Shown here: piece by piece, positions 8,555 to 17,625 of the stretch | How the letters are laid out: each line of letters opens with the position of its first letter | Position numbering within the stretch: the stretch's first letter is position 1 | DNA from: an uncultured Pseudomonadales bacterium | GTDB taxonomy: Bacteria > Patescibacteriota > Microgenomatia > UBA1400 > UBA12028 | Reading direction: 5' to 3' | DNA length: 54,422 nt | Assembly (NCBI GenBank): GCA_964492495.1 | Contig: CAZBKJ010000003.1 | Span: 1-54,422 of the forward strand | The notes under the pieces: generated by a model | Told to the model about the DNA's origin: nothing | What the model saw: the letters and a program-made list of their open reading frames with translations, nothing else | The model's database searches: none | Program-made: the position numbers and the translations under genes

Positions 8555-9799
8555 ATGGAACGAATGAAGTATTTTCTGTATTATTTTGCCTTGATTTTCA
8601 CATCTGTATCACTGTTCTTTTGGAGTTTTACACAGACAGATAAAAATCTCTATTTCTTTTCCCATCCGTTGTTTGTGCAGTTTCAAGAGCGTATGTGGAT
8701 GGTTTCGAGGTCAACGAACTCGTGGGTCTATATACTTCTTATTCTTTTGTCTTTTGCTTTGTACGTGTTCTATCTTCGCGAGAAGAATGCCTCTTCGGAA
8801 AACAAGCAGTTACGCATCGCAGTGTTTGCCTGCTGTGCCGCTCTGTTACTTTTTTCAAACAACGCTCTTTCCCATGATTTGTTTAACTATATGTTTAATG
8901 CCAAAGCGGTTCTTGTGTATGGACAAGATCCACATGTACGCAGCGCACTTGAAATAGCACCTTCGGATGAATGGGTTCGTTTTATGCATAATGTCCATAC
9001 GACTGCTCCATACGGGTATGTGTGGACGTACCTTTCTCTTGTTCCAAGTATGCTAGGCTTTGACAAATTTATTACCACATTTCTTGCATTTAAGCTCAGC
9101 ATGGTACTTGGTTTTTTTGTTTTACTTTGGCTTCAGTTTCAGGTGTATCTCCAACAAAAAAAGAATGGAATCAAAAAAAATGTGGTATTTTCCCTCATTC
9201 CTTTTGCACTCAATCCCTTGGTCGTCATTGAAACATGTATGAATGGTCACAACGACGTGTGGATGATGGTCTTTGCTTTCGGATCTTTTTGGCTTTTGTT
9301 TCAATCAAGAAAACTCTTTTCTTTTCAGAGCATCATTTCGCTAGTCTTGCTTTTTATCTCTATTCAAATAAAAGAAGCCACACTTGTCCTTGTTCCAATT
9401 TGGGGACTCCTACTGTTTTGGAAGCTTGAGAAAAAAACTGTACTCCATCCACTTCTAAAAAAGTGTCTTCGCTTTTTTGGTGAAAACTGGGCAGAACTAT
9501 CTGCATTGGCATTGCTTCTTCCACTTGTAACTGAGAGGTCTCAGCAGTTTAATCCTTGGTATCTGATATGGTCGCTGACATTTCTTCCGTTTCTCTCATC
9601 CAAGATGTTGCGATACTTTCTCTTGACCTTGTCATTTACAAGTTGCCTGCGATATCTTCCTTTTTTGCTCGAAGGTGGGTATAGCGATACAATACAACTT
9701 CAAATGAGACTCATTACCTGGTCAGCGGTTCCGATATTTTTTCTTCTCTATTTTGGTATACAGTTTAGAAGTAGTAGAAAAACAAAAAATGCGACGTAA
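8555..9799 (+). CDS. Polytopic membrane protein, possible GT-C glycosyltransferase (GT87/DUF2029/PimE-like)
   Basis: 414 aa and multi-TM. The loop motif SHDLFNYMFNAKAVLVYGQDPH resembles the D..Y...G.nPY loop of GT87/DUF2029 mannosyltransferases. The family call is tentative. Confidence 0.55.
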   Translation: MERMKYFLYYFALIFTSVSLFFWSFTQTDKNLYFFSHPLFVQFQERMWMVSRSTNSWVYILLILLSFALYVFYLREKNASSENKQLRIAVFACCAALLLFSNNALSHDLFNYMFNAKAVLVYGQDPHVRSALEIAPSDEWVRFMHNVHTTAPYGYVWTYLSLVPSMLGFDKFITTFLAFKLSMVLGFFVLLWLQFQVYLQQKKNGIKKNVVFSLIPFALNPLVVIETCMNGHNDVWMMVFAFGSFWLLFQSRKLFSFQSIISLVLLFISIQIKEATLVLVPIWGLLLFWKLEKKTVLHPLLKKCLRFFGENWAELSALALLLPLVTERSQQFNPWYLIWSLTFLPFLSSKMLRYFLLTLSFTSCLRYLPFLLEGGYSDTIQLQMRLITWSAVPIFFLLYFGIQFRSSRKTKNAT

Positions 9800-11342
9800 A
9801 CTAGCACAGCTACCAAACTGGATCTGGCTGAGTCTACTGTATTGTGTAACTCATGTTCCATTCTTAACACTCTTACCGGTGTTTGCGGATGAAGCGATCT
9901 ATATTCGTTGGGCACAACTGATCATTGATGATGCTTCTCGATATGCGTTTTTTTCACTTGCTGATGGCAAACCTCCTCTTTTCATCTGGATTTTATCGCT
10001 TACTCTTCGTCTTTTTTCTGATCCGCTCTGGATTGCTCGACTGACTTCTGTAGCTATTGGTCTTGCGACTGTATTTGCAGTAGGCAAGCTTGCGACGATC
10101 CTTTCTGGACGAAAAAGCGTTGTCCTTTTCTCCCAGTTATTTACGATATTTCTCCCATTTTGGTGGTTTTACCATCGAATGGCACTGATGGATGGTTTAC
10201 TCACGCTGTGTATAACACTAGCTATCTACTTTTCACTCAAAATTGCTCGCGCCTGCCAGAGAGAGCGAAAAATTGCATACGATACAATCCCTGATATTTT
10301 ATTGTTGGCTGTAAGTTTTGGAGGAGCTCTCCTTACAAAAACACCTGCAATGTTTGCAGTGCCTGTGATTGCGAGTACGTCATTTTTTGCACTGATTCGG
10401 GTTCAAAAGAATACCAAGTCAACAATACAAAAGCTGTATGAGTCTGTACTCTTCATTGGAATTGGGGGTCTTTTGGGTGGAGTGCTTTTCCTTCTGCTAC
10501 GAATCTCTCCTTTTTTTGGTGCATTATTTTCAAGAAGTAGCGAGTACCGATTTACTATCCAAGAACTTTTGGGTGGAGAATGGAAGTATGTATTGTTCTC
10601 AAGCCTTCCAAGAGAGATTGTATGGACAAGTGCGTATCTCACTGTCGGGGCAATACTTCTCTCACTTTTTGGTTTGTACGAAAGAAGGACTCGAAAAACA
10701 GTCGCATTTTTATTGGGCTCTGCATTTATTTTTGCAATTCCACTGATTGCATTTGGACGGGTACTCTATCCACGGTATTTTCTGCCAATCGCGCCTTTTG
10801 TCACGATTGCTGCCGCTATCGGACTTGAAAGTTTGCTTTCAAAAGCCAAAGGAAAGTTCATTGGCTGGTTCCTTTTGCTCTTCTGTGGAATTCAAAGTAT
10901 GTTGTTTATCATTCCTGGTGTGAGTGATGTCGGAAAAATTCCTTTTGTGGCGATTGACCGAACTCAATATATTGAGGAATGGTCAGCCGGTTTTGGAAAT
11001 AGAGAAGTGTACGACTTTATTGTCAAAAGACACGGTGAACTTCGTGGAGAGAAGCGAATTATTGTCCTAACTGAAGGCTCATTTGGAACACTTCCAGATG
11101 GTCTATTTATGTATTTCTACGGCCCGCAAGCACTTGAAGGTGTGGAAATCCATGGTATTGGTGTTGCGCCAAACACACTCCCACAAAAGTACCTAGAGCA
11201 ACAACAAACTGCAGAACTGTACTACGCTGTGAATAGTCACCGTTTCGCTCTCATAGAAACTCAAAACCTTGAAAAAATTCTCGAGATACCACGTCCAGGA
11301 AATGCGCCATCACTTGTATTGTACCGGGTACGAAGCCTGTGA
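9789..11342 (+). CDS. ArnT/PMT-like GT-C glycosyltransferase (GT39/83-like)
   Basis: Start set at ATG 9789 (MRRKLAQ...), which overlaps the upstream stop. It has the FADEAIYIRWAQ acidic first loop, DGKPPLF, and many TM segments with a C-terminal soluble domain. Confidence 0.7.
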   Translation: MRRKLAQLPNWIWLSLLYCVTHVPFLTLLPVFADEAIYIRWAQLIIDDASRYAFFSLADGKPPLFIWILSLTLRLFSDPLWIARLTSVAIGLATVFAVGKLATILSGRKSVVLFSQLFTIFLPFWWFYHRMALMDGLLTLCITLAIYFSLKIARACQRERKIAYDTIPDILLLAVSFGGALLTKTPAMFAVPVIASTSFFALIRVQKNTKSTIQKLYESVLFIGIGGLLGGVLFLLLRISPFFGALFSRSSEYRFTIQELLGGEWKYVLFSSLPREIVWTSAYLTVGAILLSLFGLYERRTRKTVAFLLGSAFIFAIPLIAFGRVLYPRYFLPIAPFVTIAAAIGLESLLSKAKGKFIGWFLLLFCGIQSMLFIIPGVSDVGKIPFVAIDRTQYIEEWSAGFGNREVYDFIVKRHGELRGEKRIIVLTEGSFGTLPDGLFMYFYGPQALEGVEIHGIGVAPNTLPQKYLEQQQTAELYYAVNSHRFALIETQNLEKILEIPRPGNAPSLVLYRVRSL

Positions 11343-13042
11343 ACTTCTTACGACACCTCACCAGTCGTCTGTCTCTCCCAGTTTTTTTTGGGGTGTTATG
11401 TATAGTTTTTACGAGTTTTTCTATATTTCGTTCTGATTTTTTTCGACCTCATGACTTTACCCATGCGGCACGAATTGTTGAGATGAATAGATCGCTTCGT
11501 AGTGGTGAGTTTCCAGTCAGGTGGTCAGAAAACTTTGGTTTCGGATTTGGCATGCCATTGTTTAATTTTTATGCTCCTTTACCGTACTATGTTGCTCAAA
11601 TTCCGTATGTATTTACACAAAATGCAATCTACTCTATCAAATTTTTGTATCTACTCAACGCAGTATTGGCTTTTGCAGGAGTGTATGTATGCACAAAAGA
11701 GTTGATGCAAAAGGAAACTCACGATCTATCGACGTACGCAGGGATTATTGCTGCGACTGCTTTTTCATTTTCCTCGTACCGTGGTGTTGATTTATTTGTA
11801 CGAGGGGCAGTAGGTGAAGCGATGGCAATGGTACTTCTTCCTTTTGCGTTGTATGGAATTATCATCACTCAGAAGAATTACAAAATTGGAGTTAGTGTTA
11901 CCTCGCTTTCACTAGCTGCGATTCTTCTTTCTCACAATTTGACGGGGATGATCGCGCTCGTTATTTGCTTCGTTTTTGGAGTATTTTACTATCACAGCAA
12001 AAAGAATTTTTTGACATTCTTTGTAAGTATTCTGCTCGCAGTTGGACTTTCCAGCTTTTATATCCTGCCTGCTTTTTTTGAAAAGGACTTCACACGAATT
12101 GAAGAAACAATAACTGTTGGCTATTTTGACTATCACAATCACTTCGTAGCACTTCGCCAACTACTCTTTGGTACATGGGGGTATGGTGGATCACAACCAG
12201 GGCTTGAAGACGGAATCAGCTTTGCTCTGGGATGGATTCCATTGGGTCTTTTCGCTATTGGATTCTGTCGCTTTGTGTATACCACAAAGAAAATTTCTGT
12301 TTCCACCGTCAAGTATCTTCTTCTTGTCGCACTCTTTACTGGAAGTGTATTCATGACAACCAATAAATCTGTGTTGGTGTGGGAGAGAATCTCACTGCTT
12401 ACGTTTATGCAGTTTCCATGGCGATTTTTTACCTTCGCACATGTATTCTTGGCCATCCTATCAGGTTACGCTATTCTCCTCCTTTCAAACTACAAAAAAC
12501 TGCAAGTGATTAGTGTATGTTTGGTGTTTGTTGCTTTTGCTGTACTTCAGGCTCGATTTTTTTTACCAGAGAAATTTATTACAAACACTGATGAGTTTTA
12601 TCGAACTGACCCAGACTATATACAAAGAGAGTTAAGTAAGACACTCAATGACTATCTTCCAAAAGGAATTGAGACCAGAGGGTTTCCAGAACCATATCCT
12701 CGCCTCACAGGCAATTCTGAAACGCAGATCGAAGTAATAAAAAACACTCCAACACGTATCGAAGCAGTCGCATCCTGCCAAAAACCTTGTGGGATTACTG
12801 TAGGGATATTTACATTTCCTGGATGGAGGGTTTGGATAAACGGAGAAGAGAAGACATTACTTGTAAATCCAACATTTCCTGTGTATCAACTACCTCTCCC
12901 TTCAGGTTTTTCCTCGATTCGGATACAATTGACTGATACTCCGATTCGAAAGTTTGCAAATGTCGTAAGTATTGTTTCAGTATTTGTTCTCTTGGGGATT
13001 GGTATGAAAGATTTTCGATGGAAAAAACTATGGAAGAAGTAA
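11339..13042 (+). CDS. Large polytopic membrane protein (PTPS-related/YfhO-like architecture), putative membrane glycosyltransferase
   Basis: The GTG start overlaps the upstream TGA (GTGA). It has the HDFTHAARIVEM...FPVRWSENFGFGFGMPLFNFYAPLPYY N-terminal block, more than 10 TM segments and a C-terminal beta-rich domain. The function is inferred from context only. Confidence 0.55.
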   Translation: MNFLRHLTSRLSLPVFFGVLCIVFTSFSIFRSDFFRPHDFTHAARIVEMNRSLRSGEFPVRWSENFGFGFGMPLFNFYAPLPYYVAQIPYVFTQNAIYSIKFLYLLNAVLAFAGVYVCTKELMQKETHDLSTYAGIIAATAFSFSSYRGVDLFVRGAVGEAMAMVLLPFALYGIIITQKNYKIGVSVTSLSLAAILLSHNLTGMIALVICFVFGVFYYHSKKNFLTFFVSILLAVGLSSFYILPAFFEKDFTRIEETITVGYFDYHNHFVALRQLLFGTWGYGGSQPGLEDGISFALGWIPLGLFAIGFCRFVYTTKKISVSTVKYLLLVALFTGSVFMTTNKSVLVWERISLLTFMQFPWRFFTFAHVFLAILSGYAILLLSNYKKLQVISVCLVFVAFAVLQARFFLPEKFITNTDEFYRTDPDYIQRELSKTLNDYLPKGIETRGFPEPYPRLTGNSETQIEVIKNTPTRIEAVASCQKPCGITVGIFTFPGWRVWINGEEKTLLVNPTFPVYQLPLPSGFSSIRIQLTDTPIRKFANVVSIVSVFVLLGIGMKDFRWKKLWKK

Positions 13043-14547
13043 ATTCACAAAAAGATTTCGATGTGTCAGCTGATGGCTCTGGTGCAAAACTGCAAGGTCA
13101 GGAAGGCATGGATATCGAAACGGTAAAAAAGCGCTCACTTATCGGTGTTGTTTCTTTTTTCTCTCGAACTATTCTCCTTACAGGAGTTACGCTGGTTGCT
13201 CAGCTACTCCTAGCGGCTAAACTTTCCCCTGAAGATTTCGGTATCTATGGAATTGTGGTTACGATTACAAACTTTTTTACTATTATTTCTGATATTGGAT
13301 TGGCTGCATCACTTATTCAAAAGAAGACCGCTCCAACAGTAACGGAGCTTCGCACGACATTTACCGTGCAACAGACACTCTCATGGTTTATTTTTGTGTT
13401 GATTGCAGCAACAAGTAGTCTGCTGCATTCCTACGGAAAACTCGATACCCAAGGTGTGTATCTAGCACTGGCTTTTGGGTTATCATTTCCGATCGTATCC
13501 TTAAAAACCATTTCAAGTATTTTACTTGAACGAGAGTTGGCATTTGGCAAGCTTGTTATACCTGCGATCATTGAAACAATTGTGTTTAATATCATCGCGG
13601 TTACTTTAGCGTTCAATGGCTATGGGGTGATGAGCTTTACGATCGCTGTTCTGGTAAAAGCGATTGTAGGTGTATTGGTTATGTTTTGTATTAAGCGCTG
13701 GGAGATGGGAATCGCTCTCTCACTCTCGTCACTCAAAGAGTTGTTGAAAGTAGGAGGGGCTTTTCAGTTAAATGACATGCTCGCGAAAGCGAAAGACGAC
13801 GTGTTCTACATCACTGTGGCAATTCTTATTCCGGCTCGCGAATATGGATATGTTACCTGGGCAAAACAATGGTCAAGACTTCCGTATAGTCTCACTGTTG
13901 ATAATGTAACTGCACTGACGTTTCCAGCCTTTTCTCGTCTGCAACACGATAAAAATTTACTTCGACGAGCGATCGAAAAGAGTTTATTTTTTATTACATT
14001 ACTTGCGTTCCCACTCTTTGCAGGAATATCCGTGATGATTTTTCCAATTTTGGTTCTAGTTCCTGAATATGAGAAATGGCGACCGGCGATTTTGTCACTT
14101 ATTCTTTTTTGTATTAGTCTTGCATTCGCCGCGTTCTCAACTCCACTGATAAACACACTCAATGCGATTGGAAAGATTAGTGAATCTTTGCGAATGATGA
14201 TTTTTTGGACGATTTCTCAGTGGATGCTGTTTCCATTCTTTTTTCGTTGGTTTGGGTATGAATCGGTCGCAATTATCGGCGTAGTGCTTGCCCTCACGTC
14301 ACTTTTTGTGGTGTTGCTTGTTAAAAAGTATGTTGAGTTTTCTTTCCTTGAGAATATCTGGAGGCAAGTATTTGCCACACTCGTTATGGCAGTGACATTG
14401 TTTAGTACACAAGCGATTTGGCAGATTTCTTTCATGCACTTTTTTATTGGAGTGTTGGTCGGTGTATGCGTGTACACTGCAATGATCCTGCTTTTAGGAT
14501 ATAGTACAGTCAAACGAGAAGTGTTTTCGTTGCTTAAAAAACAGTAG
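13018..14547 (+). CDS. wzx: Wzx-type oligosaccharide/polysaccharide flippase (MOP superfamily)
   Basis: About 12-14 TM segments. The N-terminal block KKRSLIGVVSFFSRTILLTGVTLVAQLLLAAKLSPEDFGIYGIV...DIGLAASLIQKK is typical of RfbX/Wzx. The true start may be 13030 or 13108. Confidence 0.8.
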   Translation: MEKTMEEVNSQKDFDVSADGSGAKLQGQEGMDIETVKKRSLIGVVSFFSRTILLTGVTLVAQLLLAAKLSPEDFGIYGIVVTITNFFTIISDIGLAASLIQKKTAPTVTELRTTFTVQQTLSWFIFVLIAATSSLLHSYGKLDTQGVYLALAFGLSFPIVSLKTISSILLERELAFGKLVIPAIIETIVFNIIAVTLAFNGYGVMSFTIAVLVKAIVGVLVMFCIKRWEMGIALSLSSLKELLKVGGAFQLNDMLAKAKDDVFYITVAILIPAREYGYVTWAKQWSRLPYSLTVDNVTALTFPAFSRLQHDKNLLRRAIEKSLFFITLLAFPLFAGISVMIFPILVLVPEYEKWRPAILSLILFCISLAFAAFSTPLINTLNAIGKISESLRMMIFWTISQWMLFPFFFRWFGYESVAIIGVVLALTSLFVVLLVKKYVEFSFLENIWRQVFATLVMAVTLFSTQAIWQISFMHFFIGVLVGVCVYTAMILLLGYSTVKREVFSLLKKQ

Positions 14548-14562
14548 TATTAGTCATATTGT

Positions 14563-15447
14563 ATGCCTACAATTACAGCCTTAGTTCATACCAAAAACTC
14601 AGCAAAAACCTTGGATCTTTGTTTGAGCTCACTTCGTTTCTGCGACGAGGTGTTTGTTATTGATATGGAGAGCAGTGATGAGACCCTTGCGATCGCAAAA
14701 AAACATAAAGAAAAACAAATTCAATTCGCTGATCCAATTCGCAATCACTATATAAAAAAGGTGAAAACAGACTGGACACTGATAGTCGATAGTGATGAAG
14801 AGGTACCTGAAACACTCGCAAAGAAATTTCAGGAACTGATGACTATATCAGGGGTCAACGGTTACAAGGTTCCAAGAGCAAATATTATCTTTGGGAAGTG
14901 GATGGAGCATAGCGGTTTTTGGCCAGATTATATTGTGCGTTTTTTTCGTACTGGTACTTGTAGCTATCCATCGTACGTTCACTCGCAACCGGTTATTGAA
15001 GGAGTTACCGCAGAAATTGAAGCTCTACAAGAGTTTGCACTGATTCATCATCACTACGATAGCGTTGAACAGTATCTTTTACGCCTCAACGTCTACACAA
15101 CACTTGAAACACAAAAAATTGAGGCTCAAGGAATTACTCCTAGTGATGAAAGCTTTCTTCAGACTTTTTTTGCGGAGTTTCATCGTCGATTTTTTGCACA
15201 AGAAGGCTATAAAGATGGAAAGCATGGACTCGTTGTATCCTTGCTTCAAGCAATATACATGTTAGTTGTGCAAATGAAGCTATGGGAGAAAGCAAAACAC
15301 AATACAGAAACGTCCCTAGATAGTATTGAGCTTTCCGTCAATGATGCATGCAGAGCGACTAGTTACTGGGTCGCAAATGAAAAAGTAAAAAAATCGCGAG
15401 GATTGTCTGCCCTCGTACAAAAGGTACGACGTAAACTTGTAACGTAA
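14563..15447 (+). CDS. GT2 glycosyltransferase (WaaE/KdtX-like subfamily), paralogue 1
   Basis: ITALVHTKN, VIDMESSDET, IVDSDEEV and FGKWMEHSGFWPDYIVRFFR are collinear with 16464-17315 and 24886-25740. Confidence 0.75.
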   Translation: MPTITALVHTKNSAKTLDLCLSSLRFCDEVFVIDMESSDETLAIAKKHKEKQIQFADPIRNHYIKKVKTDWTLIVDSDEEVPETLAKKFQELMTISGVNGYKVPRANIIFGKWMEHSGFWPDYIVRFFRTGTCSYPSYVHSQPVIEGVTAEIEALQEFALIHHHYDSVEQYLLRLNVYTTLETQKIEAQGITPSDESFLQTFFAEFHRRFFAQEGYKDGKHGLVVSLLQAIYMLVVQMKLWEKAKHNTETSLDSIELSVNDACRATSYWVANEKVKKSRGLSALVQKVRRKLVT

Positions 15448-15450
15448 TGT

Positions 15451-16503
15451 ATGTCTACTATTGCGATCATCCTCTTAAACTACAACTCAACACGCTTGAC
15501 AAAAAAATGCGTCCAATCACTTTTATCATTCAAGGATGAAAAAGATTCCTACCAAATAGTCATTTGGGATAACGCATCGAAAAATCCTCCGAAACCTGAA
15601 GAGTTTCCAAAAGCTAAACTAGTTCTTTCAAAAGAAAACTATGGCTTTGCAGAAGGAAATAACAAAGCTGTAGACTGGGTTATCAAAAACTCAAAAATCG
15701 AAAAACAAGAGATAGAGTATCTTTTGTTTTTAAATAACGATACGAGAGTAACAAAAGGTATGGTGCGTCAGCTTGTTGAGACTTTTCAAAGCAATAGAGA
15801 GACAGGCATTGTTGTTCCAAAAATTTATTTTGAAAAAGGAAATGAGTTTCACAAAAAAAGTTATAAGGAACATGAACGTGGAAAGGTGGTGTGGTATGGA
15901 GGTGGTGGGATTGATTGGAAGAACATGATTTTATTTCATAAAGGTGTTGATGAAGTAGATAGAGGGCAGTTTGCTACTGATACATCTATTTCTCTTGCCT
16001 CGCGCCATCAATCACAAACATTCTTGTCACGAATTGAAAGAGTTTTCTTTGAGATAGTTGAGAAAATTGATCTCACATCACCCCTTATACAAAAACCATA
16101 TACAACTGAGTTTGCGACCGGATGTTGTATGCTGACGACTCCCAAAATTTGGAAATCTGTAAAAGGTTTTGATCAACGATATTTTTTGTATTATGAAGAT
16201 GCTGATCTGTCGATGAGAATTTTGCAAAAGAGAAAAGAAATAGTGTTTGAACCCAACGCAGTTCTGTATCACAGTAATGCTGGCTCTTCAGATGGGAGTG
16301 GCTCCTCACTTCATTCCTACTATCAAACGCGAAACAGGATTCGTTTTGGCTTAACCTATGCCTCAAAGAAGACAAAACTTGCACTTCTCAATGAAGCTCG
16401 ACGATTGTTTCTCACTGGCAATCACGCTGTACGCCTTGGTATACTGCATGCACTAGGAGGTCAATGGGGCAATCAACATCACAAACTTCAAAACAAACAA
16501 TAA
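15451..16503 (+). CDS. GT2 glycosyltransferase (rhamnosyltransferase/WbbL-like)
   Basis: IAIILLNYNS, WDNASKN, NYGFAEGNNKA, FLNNDT and YYEDADLSMR form a GT2 pattern. Confidence 0.8.
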   Translation: MSTIAIILLNYNSTRLTKKCVQSLLSFKDEKDSYQIVIWDNASKNPPKPEEFPKAKLVLSKENYGFAEGNNKAVDWVIKNSKIEKQEIEYLLFLNNDTRVTKGMVRQLVETFQSNRETGIVVPKIYFEKGNEFHKKSYKEHERGKVVWYGGGGIDWKNMILFHKGVDEVDRGQFATDTSISLASRHQSQTFLSRIERVFFEIVEKIDLTSPLIQKPYTTEFATGCCMLTTPKIWKSVKGFDQRYFLYYEDADLSMRILQKRKEIVFEPNAVLYHSNAGSSDGSGSSLHSYYQTRNRIRFGLTYASKKTKLALLNEARRLFLTGNHAVRLGILHALGGQWGNQHHKLQNKQ

Positions 16504-17315
16504 GTGCTGTCATCATCACCAAAGATGAAGAAGCCATGATTGCGAATTGTTTGGCTTCACTGCGCTTCACTGATGAAATTATTGTGGTGGATTCCGGCTC
16601 AAGCGACAATACTGTAGGTATCGCAAACAGAGAGGGAACAAAAATTATTCAAGTGACAGGTGGAAGTTTTAAGGATTGGCGAAACGCTGGTATGGATGCA
16701 AGCACCATGGATTGGATTTTGTATATCGATGCTGATGAACGAGTGACACCGAAGCTCGCTGATGAGATCGTGAAATCAATTCAGTTTACTTCAAACGCAG
16801 CATACGCTCTTGCGAGGAATAATATCCACTTTGGGAAATGGATGGAGCATGGAGGATGGGAAGAAGATAAAATAGTTAGACTTTTTAAGCGCTCTCATCT
16901 AAAAAAATGGTCAGGTGATGTTCACGAAAGTGCAAGTGTTGAGGGAGTTGTAGGACTGTTACAAGAACCACTTGCTCATTTAACGCATAGAAATATACGG
17001 GATGGACTCATCAAGTCCTATACGTGGACTGATATCGAAGCAAAGCTACTTCTTGATGCTGGCACAAAGCCAGTGAAGCCATTTACCCTCGTTCGTAAGT
17101 TTTTAATGGAGTTTATCCGAAGGCTCATCATAAAAAAGGGTTACAAAGATGGAATGGAGGGATGGATTGAATCTTTTCAGCAGGCAATCAATCGCTTTTT
17201 TGTGTATGAAAGACTCTGGGAGTTGCAACAGAAACCGTCACTCGATGAGAGGTATCAGGCAATTGAAAAAGAAATTGTACGTTCCTGGAATCAAAAAAAT
17301 AAAAAGGGAAAATAG
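16464..17315 (+). CDS. GT2 glycosyltransferase (WaaE/KdtX-like subfamily), paralogue 2
   Basis: ISAVIITKDEE, VVDSGSSDNT, YIDADERV and FGKWMEHGGWEEDKIVRLFKR. The listed start overlaps the upstream gene by 40 nt, and there is no later in-frame ATG before the conserved N-terminus. Confidence 0.78.
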   Translation: MGQSTSQTSKQTISAVIITKDEEAMIANCLASLRFTDEIIVVDSGSSDNTVGIANREGTKIIQVTGGSFKDWRNAGMDASTMDWILYIDADERVTPKLADEIVKSIQFTSNAAYALARNNIHFGKWMEHGGWEEDKIVRLFKRSHLKKWSGDVHESASVEGVVGLLQEPLAHLTHRNIRDGLIKSYTWTDIEAKLLLDAGTKPVKPFTLVRKFLMEFIRRLIIKKGYKDGMEGWIESFQQAINRFFVYERLWELQQKPSLDERYQAIEKEIVRSWNQKNKKGK

Positions 17316-17338
17316 GAGACAGAGGACAGAGGCAAGGG

Positions 17339-17412
17339 ACGAGATAGTAGATACGAAAGGGATCCTTCGACTACGGCCAGCTTAGCTAGCCCACGCTCAG
17401 GATGACACACAC
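17339..17412. repeat. 74-nt intergenic element, copy 1 (hairpin with GGATCC...AGGATGACA flanks)
   Basis: It matches 22702-22775 at 70 of 74 positions and has a central palindrome ggccagc tta gctagcc. Confidence 0.9.
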
Positions 17413-17496
17413 GGGGCGAGGGACGAGGTACAAGGTACAAGGGACGAGAAGATAGCAGGGGCAAGGTACAAGGTTTCAGGGGTCAGGAGATAGCAG
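17413..17496. repeat. Degenerate 7-nt-periodic purine-rich array
   Basis: ggggcga gggacga ggtacaa ggtacaa gggacga gaagata gcagggg caaggta caaggtt tcagggg tcaggag atagcag. Confidence 0.8.
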
Positions 17497-17529
17497 TTCA
17501 TTGTTTTTAGAACAATAGCAAGAATGCCT

Positions 17530-17582
17530 GGATCCCCGACGCAGGCTATCACGCTAAGCGTGATGCCTCCTCGAGGATGACA
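17530..17582. repeat. Hairpin element sharing flanks with 17360-17408 but with a different stem
   Basis: ggatcc-ccgac-gc-AGGCtATCACGC-taa-GCGTGATGCCT-cctcg-aggatgaca. The flanks GGATCCyCGAC and CTC(G)AGGATGACA are conserved, while the stem sequence is unrelated. Confidence 0.8.
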
Positions 17583-17588
17583 GAAGGT

Positions 17589-17617
17589 TTGACAAAGCAG
17601 AGTAGTTGATTAGAGAA
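17589..17617 (+). promoter_or_regulatory. Candidate sigma70-type promoter (-35 TTGACA) at the end of the repeat-rich spacer
   Basis: A perfect TTGACA at 17589-17594 is followed 16 nt later by a weak -10 (TAGAGA). A parallel ttgacaaa(c/g)(g/c)agag box occurs at 22904-22920 before the next gene block. The -10 elements are poor and lie very close to the start codons. Confidence 0.3.
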
Positions 17618-17625
17618 AGTAGACG

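Noticed and set aside
17360-17408. Intergenic hairpins as Rho-independent terminators
   Set aside because: None of the stems is followed by a T-tract on either strand. The + strand tails are A-rich (AATAAAAG) or AGGATGACA.
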